A DNA stretch of 64,000 nucleotides from Eledone cirrhosa (GCA_964016885.1 OZ024746.1:74276001-74340000); one strand, 5' to 3'; numbered from the stretch's first letter, positions 1-15,256 are shown. A program made the numbers and translations. The notes: generated by a model from the letters alone, not told the origin.

Positions 1-421
1 TATCCTGGTACTGGTTGGAAGAATGGTTCGTGAATTTTGTATATTTAACCATTTTTCATTAATGGGTTATTAGCATGGTTTTCAGTTGTAAATTTCCTTT
101 AATAATTGTTGAACCATAGAACATTGTTTCCCATCGCCAAAGAGATATTAGTTTTTCATTTCCACAACTTTCTTTCCAAAGTATGTGGGCCCTTTCATGG
201 AGTAGTACTGCAGATCTTTTTGAAATTTCCATTTCCATTTGTTGGTCCAATGATTTGAGTTTTTCCTCGTTGGAGTTGTTTCTAAACCGTAATCATTTTA
301 TCACCCTTTTTAATTTATCGGAAGCCTTAGTTTCCCTATGATTTCTTGGTATTCATTCCGGAAAGGTCTTATTTGATGATTTTTTTAGGAAGAATGATCG
401 CCGATGAATAGAGCCACTTTT

Positions 422-496
<75 letters not shown>

Positions 497-1044
497 GCTT
501 TGCTGTTATTTTACGGGGCGGTATATTGGTAACAGGTTTAAGGCTGTCATATAATTTTGGCTCTTTATGTTCCAATACCTGTCTTGAAAACATTGCATTT
601 TATCCTCCGTGATAGATAATATAGGCTACAAGAAACGTACTAGAATCAGTTAAAAAGGATGATACCAGCCAGGAAATTGCTGGCCTCCTGGCTAAATTTG
701 AAGCTTTATTATATATTGTATTGTTGATTTTTACCTCACATATTAATAATTCAATAATTATGTCTTGTATTTTATACACACCAAACAAACACATTTCCTT
801 CTTTACTTCTTCATGTATTGCCCCTTGGTGTTCGTCCTGAATGTTTATTAACTCCCTTTTGTTTTGTCATTTCTCCTTTTGTTATTTCTCAGTTTCTCTT
901 TTTGCAACTCCCTCTCTTTCTGCCTTTGTTCCCTTCATCCTTACTTTCATTATTTCTTTCCGCCTTTCATTTGTTTCGTTCGATCAACTTCCTTTCTTTA
1001 AAGTTGAACTAATACACTGTATAGGTGAAGATGTGTGTTTTATA

Positions 1045-1100
<56 letters not shown>

Positions 1101-1119
1101 AACCCTAGTACTTACGAAC

Positions 1120-1154
<35 letters not shown>

Positions 1155-1343
1155 TATATCATATATATATATATATATATATATATTCATATATGTATGT
1201 GTATGTGTATGTATTATGCAGACATGTATATCATCACTTACACATATATGTGTGCGTGTACGTGAGTGGGAGTTTGTTTGTGTATGAGTGTGTGTGTGAG
1301 TATGAGTATGAGTGTTTGTGTGTGTGTGTGTGTGCGTGTGTGT

Positions 1344-1438
<95 letters not shown>

Positions 1439-1586
1439 TGTGTATCTGTGTGTTTAGATCAGTGAGCAACAATTTAAAATACACATTTATTATCCAAATA
1501 CATATAAACACGTACATATAGCAACAAATAATGCACATATATAAAGGCATAGTTTTCGTTGCTTTTCATTTATTTCATTATCGTAA

Positions 1587-1620
<34 letters not shown>

Positions 1621-1951
1621 TTTATAATTTTTCATGCAGTGATGAAATATTTCCACACCAACCAGCATCATGCAACCATCAGCATCATCGCCGTACATTA
1701 AAGATTAAGAACGATGGGCAAAGAAGAAACCTATTAACGATAATGTGTATTGGTAATGAAAATAGTTAGAAAATACACATAAATTTAAAATACTTGAAAG
1801 ATATCAAGACCGAAAAGGCGAGAAGGAGGGTAGATGGTATGGATACAGCTCCTATCACTTTGTATATATGAGTATGTGTATGCACGAGTTTATGACATAT
1901 ATGTATATATATATGTGCATGTGTATTAGTGTATATATATATATATATGTA

Positions 1952-1989
<38 letters not shown>

Positions 1990-2028
1990 CATAATATACA
2001 TATGCATATATATATATATGAATATGTT

Positions 2029-2115
<87 letters not shown>

Positions 2116-2445
2116 ATGTGTGTGTGTGTGTGTTTGTGTGTGATTTTGTGATGGTGTGTGTGTATGTATTAGTTGTTGGAATAAATAGTTATGTGAGTTA
2201 ATGTATACGTGCTTTGTACGTCCGTATTAATTTGCACCCCGTATATGAATACACGTTTGCGCCTTTGCTATCCATTGCTGCAGTATGCATTTTTGAACGT
2301 ATGTATATATGTGATGGTGTATGTATGTATGTATATATGTATGTATGTGTATATATGTATGTGTTTATGTATGTATGTTTGTATGAATGTGTCTATGTGT
2401 ATATGTGTTTATGTATGTCCTTATGTATGTATATATATGTAGTCA

Positions 2446-2479
<34 letters not shown>

Positions 2480-3107
2480 TCTATACCTTTCATTTATATA
2501 TATATATATATATATGATTTTATATGCGTATGTATATAATGATGTATGTGTGTGGGGGTTAGTAGTGGTGTAGAATAAAGAGATGGTGTAACGTCATTAT
2601 ACACCGTTGCTAATTACAACTTTCCTATCGGGATAGTATTTAGAAATCTTTTGAAAAATCCAATCTCTATGAAGCACAAGAGTTGAAATCTTTCCGGGAA
2701 AAAAACGCGGCGAAGATAAACAAACACAGAACAAAAAACAGACGCTCACACACACAAACTATCTTTAGCACATGCATGCTCACATATACAGCTAGCGAAA
2801 AATAATATGAAAATTATATAAAAAAAATATTTATAAAAATATAATTGAAAACGAAATAAAATTTTAAAGTACAAAATACACATAGCCATAAGAAAAGACA
2901 AAAAATCGATAATTTAATTTATTGATTATAAAATCAAAGGACCCCAACAAAATTGTTCTGATAGTCAAAACCAAATTCTGTATCGGAAGATTTAATAACT
3001 TTATATCAGAGAAATATATCATTGCCGATGTGTTTTTGGTGTATAGTATGTGTATATTTCTATATATGTATACGTCTATATATATGTATATACATACATA
3101 CATACAA

Positions 3108-3180
<73 letters not shown>

Positions 3181-3197
3181 AATATATATATATATAC

Positions 3198-3238
<41 letters not shown>

Positions 3239-3416
3239 TATATATATATATAATGTGTATGTATGTATATGTCTGTGTGTATATATATATATATACGTAT
3301 ATGTGTATGTGTATATATATATATATATATATACATATATGTGTGCGTGTGTATACATATATGAGTTTATATGTGTGTTTGTGTGTATGTATATGAATGT
3401 GCTTGTCTCTGGTTTC

Positions 3417-3487
<71 letters not shown>

Positions 3488-3650
3488 CTCCTTTCGTAGT
3501 TGTTTTTCTTTGTTTTCCCAGTAATGTCTTATTTGTTTATACTCTTTGTGAGATAAAATTTGTTGTTGAACTTGTTGCATGGTGTTACTTGTCATTCTTA
3601 AGTTTGTTTTTATGATTGTTATCGAGGGTAATGTTGATGTGGTTGGTGTC

Positions 3651-3688
<38 letters not shown>

Positions 3689-3708
3689 TATATGTGTATA
3701 CATATATA

Positions 3709-3910
3709 TAGGAGAAAGTATGACCCCGACGGCAGAGCTCAAGCCGTTTCGACGGCTATTTCTGGACTTTAGTCCAGAAATAGCCGTCGAAACCGCTTGA
3801 GCTCTGCCCTCGGGATCATACTTTCTCCTATTACCCACTCTACTACCCTAAGTATTGAGTACTCTGGCGCGTTATGGTCCTTCTGGTTCGTTATCACAAC
3901 CCCTCCGTTA
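3709..3910. repeat. Palindromic dispersed repeat, family A (other copies 38282-38468 and 52884-53048; fragments 28060-28114 and 37081-37147)
   Basis: Shared ...GACCCCGACGGC(AG)AGCTCAAGCCGTTTC fold-back plus a shared tail GTACTCAATACTTAGGGTAGTAGAGTG. Confidence 0.88.
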
Positions 3911-3923
3911 CACACACACACAC

Positions 3924-3985
<62 letters not shown>

Positions 3986-5040
3986 ATATATATGTATGTA
4001 TATATATATATATGTATATATATATATACACATACATATATATATATATATATAGTGTGTGTGTGTGTTTGTATGTGTGAGTCTGTGTCTGTGTGTGTGT
4101 GCATGTGTTTGTGTGTGTGTGGCTGTTTATGTGGGTTTTTATATATGTGTGTGTGTGTATGTATACCTATATAAGCATATATACATGTATATGTGTATAT
4201 TTCAGTGTATATATGTATGTAAATGTGTGTGAGCCTATTGTTGTACCAATATATATTTGTGTATCTGTATCTTGATGTTCAATATCTATTAATCATTTCT
4301 TATTTATCTCTCTAACGGTTGATCAATCGATTAATCTATCTATGTCGGTATCTAAACGAACGCACCAATCACATACAAAACCATACATACATACATACAC
4401 ACATACACACATACATACATACATACATACATGCATATATACACACATACACGCTCCCAAATCTGTGTGTATTTGTCTCTATGTACGTGTGAGTGTGTGT
4501 GTGTGGCTTCCCGTGTGTGCGTGTGTGTCTTTAGCTGTATGTTCGTGAATGTGTGTACATATATGAATGTCTGCATGCATGTATATATATTTACATATAT
4601 ACAAAAAAAAAACACATACTTACATGCCCTTTTTTAATGAAATATATGTAAGTATTAATAGATCGATAGATATTTTAATAGATATCTGTGTTTGTATATG
4701 TGTACATTCATATAATATAGAATTTCATTAAATTTCATTCATGTACGATTACACATACATACAGTTAAATAACAGACACGCACACAAATACACACTCATA
4801 CTTACAAATATGAATTCACATTCATATACACACACAGTCTTGCAAACTCACATCTATATACATATATATATTCATACACTCATGACTACAAACATTTAGT
4901 CACTATATACATACAGAACATTTATCATCTACTTACATGCATCTACATCGGTACGCATGCAAACACACAGAGGCACACACACACATATATATGCATATAC
5001 ATACAAGCATATATATATATATACGTATATAAGTATATAA

Positions 5041-5094
<54 letters not shown>

Positions 5095-5281
5095 TTATGT
5101 AAATACATACACATACACATGAGTATGTGTATGATGTCTGTATCATGTCTATATTTCTCTCTCGCTCCATATTCTCTCTTTCTCTCCAAATACTAGACAC
5201 ACAGACACTCACAGACACACAGACACACATACAGACATACACATACATACATCTGTATATATATATATATATATACATACA

Positions 5282-5348
<67 letters not shown>

Positions 5349-5369
5349 CTATATCTATATCTATATATG

Positions 5370-5448
<79 letters not shown>

Positions 5449-5467
5449 ATATCTATATCTATATATG

Positions 5468-5589
<122 letters not shown>

Positions 5590-6482
5590 TGGGAGAAGAA
5601 ACTGAACGATTTATAGATATGTTAAAAAAAGAATTTCAAAGCTATTTGTATGTTTGTTGCTATGGGTCAGAGAAATTGTCAATTATATATTCTGTTATAA
5701 TAAGCGTCCAATATGGCTCCCGAATTCTCCAATATAATGTCATTGATGTCCAATATGTTATATGTCAAAGAGATGATTTCTTATATATAATGAGAAGTTA
5801 CCACCAGTGGATGAAAATATATTAGGTGAATTTAGAAGTATCTAATATAACTTGGATGTGAATGAATCATGCTGCCTCTGTTGTATCACATGGCATGCTA
5901 AACATATAAATGATTAGGCTACCTCAAATCATACCGTACCTTGTTGGAAATACAGTGTCGTCCAAGATGCATTATACCTGAAAGAAATTTCGGGCGAAAC
6001 AACAAATGATCGATAGCAGTTAAACACATCACATGTAAGTATTCACTTAGCTTGCTAGAAATACCATTCAAATATTACTCTAATCACCCTGATAGTTTGA
6101 GAAAAATAATGAGTGGACACATTGGTTTGAGTAGACTTAGATATTCATTAATTCGTTATTTTCAATATTGTGGTGCCATGCCAGGTTAACAACTTGCGGT
6201 GATCCCCACCCACAAAAAAAAAAATAAACATAATGATTAAGTGAAAACATAAGCCATGATAGTCACAGCTAAGGGGAATTTGATGTTACGTTTCGGTTTT
6301 ATATGATCTTAAATTTTATTAGGTGTTCAGTATATATATGGCCGATGGAGGTATGTGCTTTATATGCAATAGCAACGGTTTCACATAAACTCACAAACCT
6401 ACATACTGGGCAATATCATGATGAACAGTTTTGTCACTAAATCTTCACCTTGTACATCTGTTTGGTTTTTCCGTTCCTATAG

Positions 6483-6574
6483 ATCTAACCTACGACAGGT
6501 AGGACTCGCCACACCATTGCCAGTCCAATTATCTTTAGAAATTCTCCCAAACCTTCTACCTAAAAGTCTTCCAG
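6483..6574 (+). other. Possible isolated 92-nt host exon
   Basis: Branch-like CACTAA, pyrimidine tract ..TTTTTCCGTTCCTATAG|, donor CCAG|GTAAGC, and one open frame SNLRQVGLATPLPVQLSLEILPNLLPKSLP. Confidence 0.3.
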
Positions 6575-6889
6575 GTAAGCATGGTCTGGCCCTTCGCGTC
6601 GAAACCAAGTGTGGCGTCAGATTATAAAAAAATGAAATAATAATAACTGTTCCTACATTTGACACAAGGCCAACAATTTTCCCAGTGCATTACTGGTGCT
6701 TTATATAAAATAAAATTATATGTATAAAAGATAAACAAGGAAAAATTCCCTTATGGGGGAGGGGGGGAGGGGGGGGGGACTTTCTAGTGTCACTCATGGA
6801 GAAAGCCCACAAAAAAGCCACGGTTATCCTGATATCACCGGCAATGATATATTTCTCTGATATAAAGTTATTAAATCTTCCGATATCAT

Positions 6890-7725
6890 CTTTGCTACGG
6901 AGAAGATACTGCCCATGGAGTGGTTTTTGCTCCCATTTAGTGCACATTCTCTGTTGGCCTTTATGTTTTGTTAACACTTTGATATTCTTTACAGCCTTAA
7001 TTGCAGAATAACCATAAGTTCACAATGTATTCCCAGTTCTTCCGGAATCTTCCTACTTTCCTTTATGACTGAATGTAATCTCTCCTTCCTTTCATAATCT
7101 GCAACTATTTTCATCTGCCAATCGTTTGTGATTCATGGTTTTGAGCAGTTAATTGATTCCAATGGTCGATATCCTGTAGGACAGATCGAACTGGTTCATT
7201 CCTTTACCTTCGATTTGTCTAGGGTGATGACAACGATCTACGTCTGCTTTTATGTGATGCATTTTATTACAGGTCAAAAGTTCCCGGATTTTTAGTGTCC
7301 ATTCTCTTAGTTACATTACCGTAATTTATTCTATTGAACAATAGGTGACAACGTGGATTGCTAGCGCACTTTTGGTAGCTAGATTATTTCTCGAGATAAG
7401 CTAAGTTTTCAAGACAGCACACACTTTCCGGTAGCATTCCTCCTTGATTGTCTCTTTCATGCTGGCATGGTGAATACTTTGGCCTTCATCGATCCCATCG
7501 ATCTGTAGGCTTTTTCATTGAGTTTGGGCTTGTCATTCTGCCTTTCTTGAATGTTGCTTTGGCGCATTTTTCTAGTCCAAACTCCATCGCTACATCATCG
7601 CTGAACACCTTAAATGTTCTCAGCAGTCCTTCCAATTCGTTGTCATTTTTATCATACTCCTTCAAACCATCCAAACCATCCATATAAAAAAAACGATTTA
7701 TGGTTTTGCTGTCCATTTTGTAGCC
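6890..7725 (-). pseudogene. Decayed R4/Dong-like RT fragment
   Basis: FFYMDG, FSDDVAMEFGLEKCAKATFKKG and KWEQKPLHGQY parallel the 19365-21707 ORF. Confidence 0.85.
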
Positions 7726-7814
7726 ATATTGTATTGCAATTATTATTATTACTCGGAATTACCCAGTAATACACTGGGGTAATTGATGGCCTTGTGCCAA
7801 AAGTAGAAACAATT

Positions 7815-8390
7815 ATTATTACTCGAAACTCTTTTGTTCTGGCACATGTTATACCGACACTATACCAAATGAGCGAGACATAACCAATGGCACATGGTCC
7901 TTTGGGTAATTCCTTCAACTTTCCAACACCCTTCTTAGAATTCTTGGTTCCTAGCAAGGCTGTTTTCTGCAGCAATTCTGTCCTGATGGTAATTCCTAGT
8001 TTCTCAAGCCATGCATCCACCCTTCTAATAACTGCTCCCAGTGCGTCAAGCACAATCAGCGCCATTTCTATGTGTCTGATTCTTCACAGTTTCCTGATTT
8101 CTCTCTTCAGCTCTCCTGGTATTTCTCAATTTTCTCACTTCCCTACTCATTCAATATGTCGTCCCACGGTGAAGCAATGTACACATTATATGCCTAGTTA
8201 TTCTGCTTTTCTGCGACAACAATGTCAGGTTTTCTAGTGACGATAAAATGGTCGCACTGTATGGTCATGTCCAACAAGATCTTATACTGTTCCTTTTCAG
8301 CCACCACTTCCGATTGGTGTTCATACCACTTCTCGCTTCTGCTCATGTCATACTTTTGAGAGAGCTTCCAATGAACCAATTGTGCGATGT
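7815..8390 (-). pseudogene. Decayed R4/Dong-like 3' end (RLE domain + 3' UTR ending in TAA repeats)
   Basis: VHWKLSQKY, KWYEHQ, RKPDIVV, ALGAV, LLQKTALLGT. Confidence 0.85.
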
Positions 8391-8421
8391 TCTTCTTCTT
8401 CTTCTTCTTCTTCTTTATTGT

Positions 8422-8608
8422 GGATTGGCAGTATCGGTAGAGGGTCTGACGCTATGCTTTGCAGCAAAGAGTTACGCCCCTTTATGGTTTGAGTTCAAAT
8501 CCCGCCGAGGTTAACTTTGCCTTTCATCCTTACGGGGTCGATAAAATAAAGTACCAGTAATGCACTGGATAATTGCTGGCCTTGTGCCAAAAGTCGAAAC
8601 AATTATTA
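8422..8608 (+). mobile_element. tRNA-derived SINE (major family)
   Basis: A box TGGCAGTATCGG, B box GAGTTCAAATCC, body GCCGAGGTTAACTTTGCCTTTCATCC..GGGGTCGATAAAATAAAGTACCAGT, ATT tail. Confidence 0.9.
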
Positions 8609-8619
8609 CTCCTGAAATA

Positions 8620-9480
8620 TGGCGTGGGGGTGATCACGGGGAAAGTGGAAGAGTTAAACAGTTTAGGCAGAAATCACCTTCCTGTTTCGATCGGTTTATC
8701 ATACTCAACCAACTCCAATACATTTGCACAGATAGGGTATGATGGAGGATGGAGCGTGTATGCTCTGTGGAAATAGAGGCACGATGGCATATCTCCCAAG
8801 GGAGATATAGATTGTTCCACGATAAGGTGCTCATGACGCTCACCAACACTCTGGATCAGAAGAGAGGCAAGGAACATCAAACATGGAGAAAACCAACACC
8901 AATCCAGTTTGTGAAAGAGTGACAGAAGCTATCTACCAAAGTTAAAACAACAGGTAGTCTACTACAAATAGCCGAATCATGGGATATAAGGGTTGATTTG
9001 GGAGGTAGGTTGCAGGTCCTTAAGGTTCTTCAAGCATCCCTAAGGCCAGATGTAGTACTCTTGAGTGAAAGAATGCCAAATATCAAGAACTCTTTAATGT
9101 GTGTAGAGAGAAATGTTGGCAGACATGGTTATTTCCAGTCGAGGTGGGCTACAGGGGATTCCTGGCTCACTATGTATGGAGAGTGTTCACTGTCAATGGA
9201 ATGCCAGGAAGAGAGATGAAGGCTGCAGTCCGCAGGATGGCGGAGGTAGCAGAAAGGGCTTGTTGGCTTTAGAGCATGAGCGAGGAGATAAGCTAGAAGC
9301 TAAGAGGTGAAGATGGGCAATAATTTGGCCACAACTGCTGTCCCACCAGCGAGAACGAATTGAAGTTCAGATTCTAAACATCTAACGAACATCGTACACC
9401 ATCTGAGGGCATTAACGTCTCCTGGACATTGCTGGCATTCTTCACCGAAGGTGAATCGATGTGAGGCATCTTCTTGAAGA
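8620..9480 (+). pseudogene. Decayed RLE-type LINE 3' fragment, HERO-like
   Basis: Frameshifted pieces QGRYRLFHDKVL, LRPDVVLLS and WLFPVEVGYRGF, followed by a 3' UTR. Confidence 0.7.
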
Positions 9481-9491
9481 TGTAATTATGC

Positions 9492-9582
<91 letters not shown>

Positions 9583-10193
9583 CATTTTGTCGCCTTACTT
9601 TCTAACACGTTATCAGTAACCGCACAGCCTCGTCTCCCTCAATCCATATATATATGTATATATTGTCACTGGACAAAAATAACGAAGTTTATTATTTAAC
9701 ATTTCTCAGTTTATGCGTGTATGCATTTCGCTTTCCCTATCATTCCGTCTCCCCTTATACAGGTGACATAAACAATTACTGACACAAATGCAGTACATAT
9801 ATTTTCACGCAGTCGTACACGCATATTTTGTGAACGGCATACATACGCGCACAGATATATGGTTATACACACACACACACAGACATTATTTTCTTGCATA
9901 AACGCATGCAGATATATAAAGTTACCCTCGTCTACACATATATCGTCGCTTCTATTATGGTATATCCAGTGATATTGTAAGCCGTTTTATTGATTAAGTG
10001 AAAATATAACAAGATAGCAAAGAATTATTGTGAAAATTAATGAGATTATAAAACGGTACATTCATTTCAAAAATCTTTTGAAAACTATTCTAAAATGATA
10101 AGAAACTTTAAATGTGGAAGATTTCCTTAGCCAAACATTCGCATTTGTAGATTTAAAAAGAAAGCAATCTGTTGCTTTTATATATACATACAC

Positions 10194-10319
<126 letters not shown>

Positions 10320-10322
10320 ATT

Positions 10323-10357
<35 letters not shown>

Positions 10358-10360
10358 ATT

Positions 10361-10397
<37 letters not shown>

Positions 10398-10400
10398 ATT

Positions 10401-10547
<147 letters not shown>

Positions 10548-10717
10548 ATTTATATATATATATATATATATATAAAAACATATACAAATATATATGTACA
10601 TGAGTATATATATAGGCTTGTGTGTCAGTTTGATATATATATATATATATATATATAGATATATATAAACATATACAAATATATATGTACATACGTATAT
10701 ATATATAGGCGTGTGTG

Positions 10718-10755
<38 letters not shown>

Positions 10756-11300
10756 TGAGTGTGTGTGTGTGTGTGTGTGTGTGTAACCATATATACATAT
10801 TTAATTTTTGTTTTGTATGTTCTTTGTATTTCAAAGATTCATTATTTTTGCCTGAAACCGTGAAGAAACCTTTTTTCAGAGTTTTGACTAAGTTTTACTG
10901 ACAAGAAAATCATTGCTGCTTTTAACTGATTTTCCTTTATTTGTTTTAGATTGCGCGCAAGTGTGTAAATGTGTGTGTGTGAGCGCATCTTTGTGAATGC
11001 GTACGTGCGCTTTTGTATTAGAACTGTCTTTCTTTCTTGTTATTTTTTATATATGTTTATTTTGTGCGCGCGTTTGGTGTTGACTTTTTAAAATTATTTT
11101 TGTATATTATTTTTGTATATTGTTTTGTTGTTGGTATTGGTCTTGTCATTGTTGTTATTGTTATTGCTATTATGCATGGTATTTGTATTTCTAAAGTGTC
11201 TTTAATCTAAATTTATTACAAAAGTTTCATCTTAATCTTTTAATAAGCATGCACTCACACACACACACACACACAAACGCCTATCCACATACGTATGCAT

Positions 11301-11372
<72 letters not shown>

Positions 11373-11469
11373 ACAAAAACATAATTATACACACGATTTT
11401 ATATGTATACATATATGTATTACTAATTTACCATTTTACTGTATGAATATACATCTACACACACACACA

Positions 11470-11517
<48 letters not shown>

Positions 11518-11520
11518 TAC

Positions 11521-11609
<89 letters not shown>

Positions 11610-11644
11610 CATATATACATATATATATATATATACATATATAC

Positions 11645-11723
<79 letters not shown>

Positions 11724-12356
11724 TACATATATATATATACATATATACACACACATATATATATATATATATACATAGAGAGAGAGAGAGATATATAGAT
11801 ATAGATATATAGATATATATATGGATATGTGTGGATGTGTGTGTTGGTGCATCTCTTTGCTTATTGATGTTTAATGTGTATTAGTCATTGTAATTGTACT
11901 GATTCTCCTATAGTTGAATGTTTATACAAATATGTAAAATATTATAAATATTCATTAACATTCACGTATGTTTTTTGAAAACACACACATAAATTGTCAA
12001 ATTAGACCACACGTTTCATTATCCTGTATCTTATCCGTTTTCACTGTTTTGCTTTCAGTACATGAAAAAAGTAAATCTTATGGTTAGATGGAGTATCTTT
12101 TAAATATGATTTTCAGTATTTTATAAGAACATTATCTACTGGCATAAAGCAGTGTTCCTACAAACACAGCGATACCCAGGAGCAGAATCACCTCTCATAA
12201 TTTTATCCACGTAATACTGGAAATATCCAGGGAAAACATAAGAGAATATCACTTTCACACACTTCTACTTACTATCTTTCTTAATCTCACAACAATAATT
12301 TTTTCAAGTCTTGTACTACGGGCGATAAATAAATTTTATCAGCACCAACACACTAA

Positions 12357-12430
<74 letters not shown>

Positions 12431-12449
12431 TTTATATATATACACACAC

Positions 12450-12534
<85 letters not shown>

Positions 12535-12539
<5 letters not shown>

Positions 12540-13200
12540 CGAATTCATACACATGTAGAATCTTCCACAACCGGTTGTGTGTAACGCGGTCGTATGCATT
12601 TTTGGAGTCTACAAAACAACAAGTATACACCAAATCGAAACCATTCAATGTGGGTGCCCGACTCCGACTAAGTGCGTACTGTCAAATACTCCGTTTATAA
12701 TCTTCAAGGTCAGGATTCATTGGAAGCGGTATCAAGGCTGGTAGGTGAAGGATTAGTCGGAGGGAATTGCAGACAGCATAGTACTACTTAACTTGTCAGA
12801 AGGTGATCTCCGACTTGCACTTGACAGGTTTGCTGTAGTGTGCTGCACGGTAAGAATTAAAATCAGTGCTGCAAAACCGAGACAATCATCTTCTTTAAGA
12901 AGCTTGTGCAGTGAAATGTAGCTGTGAGTGGAATTCCACTGACGCAGGTGGAGATGTTCAAGTAACTCGGGGCCATGTTTACGAGTGATGGAAGGCAGAT
13001 GGCTGAATTAATTACAAAAACTACAGGGCCTAGTGCAGTTATGCGGCAGCTTCAGTATTCAGACATCAGAATTCATTATTTCTGCTCATCCTTACCTAAG
13101 GCCACGAATCTTGCATCATGACTGAAACAATACGTCTGCAAATACAAGCAACCGATACTGGGTTCTCCAAAGTGTCTTTAGAGTAACGTTACTTGATATC
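12535..13200. pseudogene. Decayed RTE-like RT fragments in opposite orientations
   Basis: Minus 12535-12650 reads CFVDSKNAYDRV..LWKIL. Plus ~12790-13200 reads LTQVEMFK*LGAMFTSDGR. Confidence 0.6.
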
Positions 13201-13604
13201 ATCGATACCATTTACATAAATCAGTATTATAAGTCTCGACAAAATACGTCCATCTCACCGATCATCATCAGAAACTGTGATTCAGGATATTTTATTAAAC
13301 AGATATGAAGAGTAATTGCCAAAAGGATATTTAGGGGATAGCCAGAGAAGGACCCCAACACACAAATTTAATGATAAGTTATAAAGGAAATAATTAGATA
13401 GATATGTATATAAATAAATAGTATAGATAAATACAACTTCATACACGTATAGATATTGCACCCTTACAATGACGCAATTATTCTGGATGAGTCAAGCCCA
13501 TATACTCACACACATTAATACATAAATGATTACATAAAAATACATAGAAATTCACAAAGACGTTTGTGTATTATACAACCACACACACACATATATATAT
13601 ATAT

Positions 13605-13657
<53 letters not shown>

Positions 13658-13777
13658 CATATATAAGAAAATGAGGGTCTTTTTATAAGAAAGCAAAAGA
13701 AAAAATCGAGATGTCCCGTAAAGTAAATAAATAGATATTCTTAAAAGACTCCTGTTGTATTTTCGATTTCTTTTCCT

Positions 13778-13815
<38 letters not shown>

Positions 13816-13914
13816 CACATATATCACACACCTACATACCCCTCCCCACATATATATATAAGTATTATTACAGTAGATGGGGAATTTAGGCCGAAAGAAA
13901 CCGTACGCTTGGAA

Positions 13915-14188
13915 GCTGTGGCAGGGAAAAGAATCAAATGCTTTCCTGTAGTCCAGCCAGACTGTAACCATATTCCTCCTACATTGTCGCACCTCTGACA
14001 TCGCAGTTTTGTTAATTAGGAGTTGTCCAACACACCTCCAAACACCTTTCTTTCCAGCTGCTTGCTCATCCGTGATCTTGGAGAAATAGGTTCAAGCAGG
14101 CTATATACATTTTATACATAATGTTCTAGCATGCAATGGGTCGGTAGTTTTGGGCCAAGTGGGTGCTTTTGTTCTTGGGAACCAATAC
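13915..14188 (-). pseudogene. RT fragment of a second R4-like family
   Basis: NYRPIAC, EQAAGKKG, QLLINK and WLDYRKAFDS across frameshifts. Confidence 0.8.
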
Positions 14189-14278
14189 TATATGTATGTA
14201 TGTATATATATATATATATGTATGTATATATATATATATATGTATGTATATATATATATGTATGTATATATATATATG

Positions 14279-14361
<83 letters not shown>

Positions 14362-14476
14362 ATATATATATATATGTATGTATATATATATATATGTATG
14401 TATATATATATATATGTATGTATATATATATATGTATGTATATATATATATGTATGTATATATATATATATGTATG

Positions 14477-14511
<35 letters not shown>

Positions 14512-14638
14512 GTATGTATATATATATATATATGTATGTATATATATATATATGTATGTATATATATATGTATATATATATGTATATATATATGTATATA
14601 TATATGTATGTATATATATATGTATATATATATGTATG

Positions 14639-14704
<66 letters not shown>

Positions 14705-14832
14705 TGTATGTATATATATATATATATATGTATGTATATATATATATATGTATGTATATATATATATATGTATGTATATATATATATATGTATGTATATA
14801 TATATATATATGTATGTATATATATATGTATG

Positions 14833-14893
<61 letters not shown>

Positions 14894-15221
14894 ATATATA
14901 TATGTATGTATGTTTTTTGCGCGGGGACATAGAAATAATCGGGCTGGATGCCCGATCGCGCAGTTAAACCACTGGGAGTGAAGAACCCCTAGCCCATGTC
15001 AGGGTATTCTTCTGGGAGAAGGCATCTCAGGAAACTGGGTTAACTCCGATATAAAACCTGCGGCTCAGTAGTTACCGATGATGTTGATCTTTTCTTCTTT
15101 TCGGGTTATAGCTACTGTCGCTCAGAGAGTGGGATTGGTTCAGTGCACAGTCTTTCCTCACTTTAAAAATATTCGTCACGCACAGGCATTGCACGAGTGC
15201 ATTAATAATCATTAATAGTGT

Positions 15222-15256
<35 letters not shown>

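Noticed and set aside
1-800. Possible decayed retroelement ORF on the minus strand
   Set aside because: No diagnostic motif could be identified with confidence.
1640-1752. Exon-like open segment with AG/GT ends
   Set aside because: Its phase is incompatible with the 6483 candidate and there is no homology; such segments occur by chance.
8422-8505. tRNA gene
   Set aside because: The A/B boxes belong to the SINE head and no cloverleaf forms.
14941-14995. HDV-like ribozyme using GGGCTGG/CTAGCCC as P1
   Set aside because: No P3/L3 or J4/2 could be placed in the required order; kept only as an unclassified structure.
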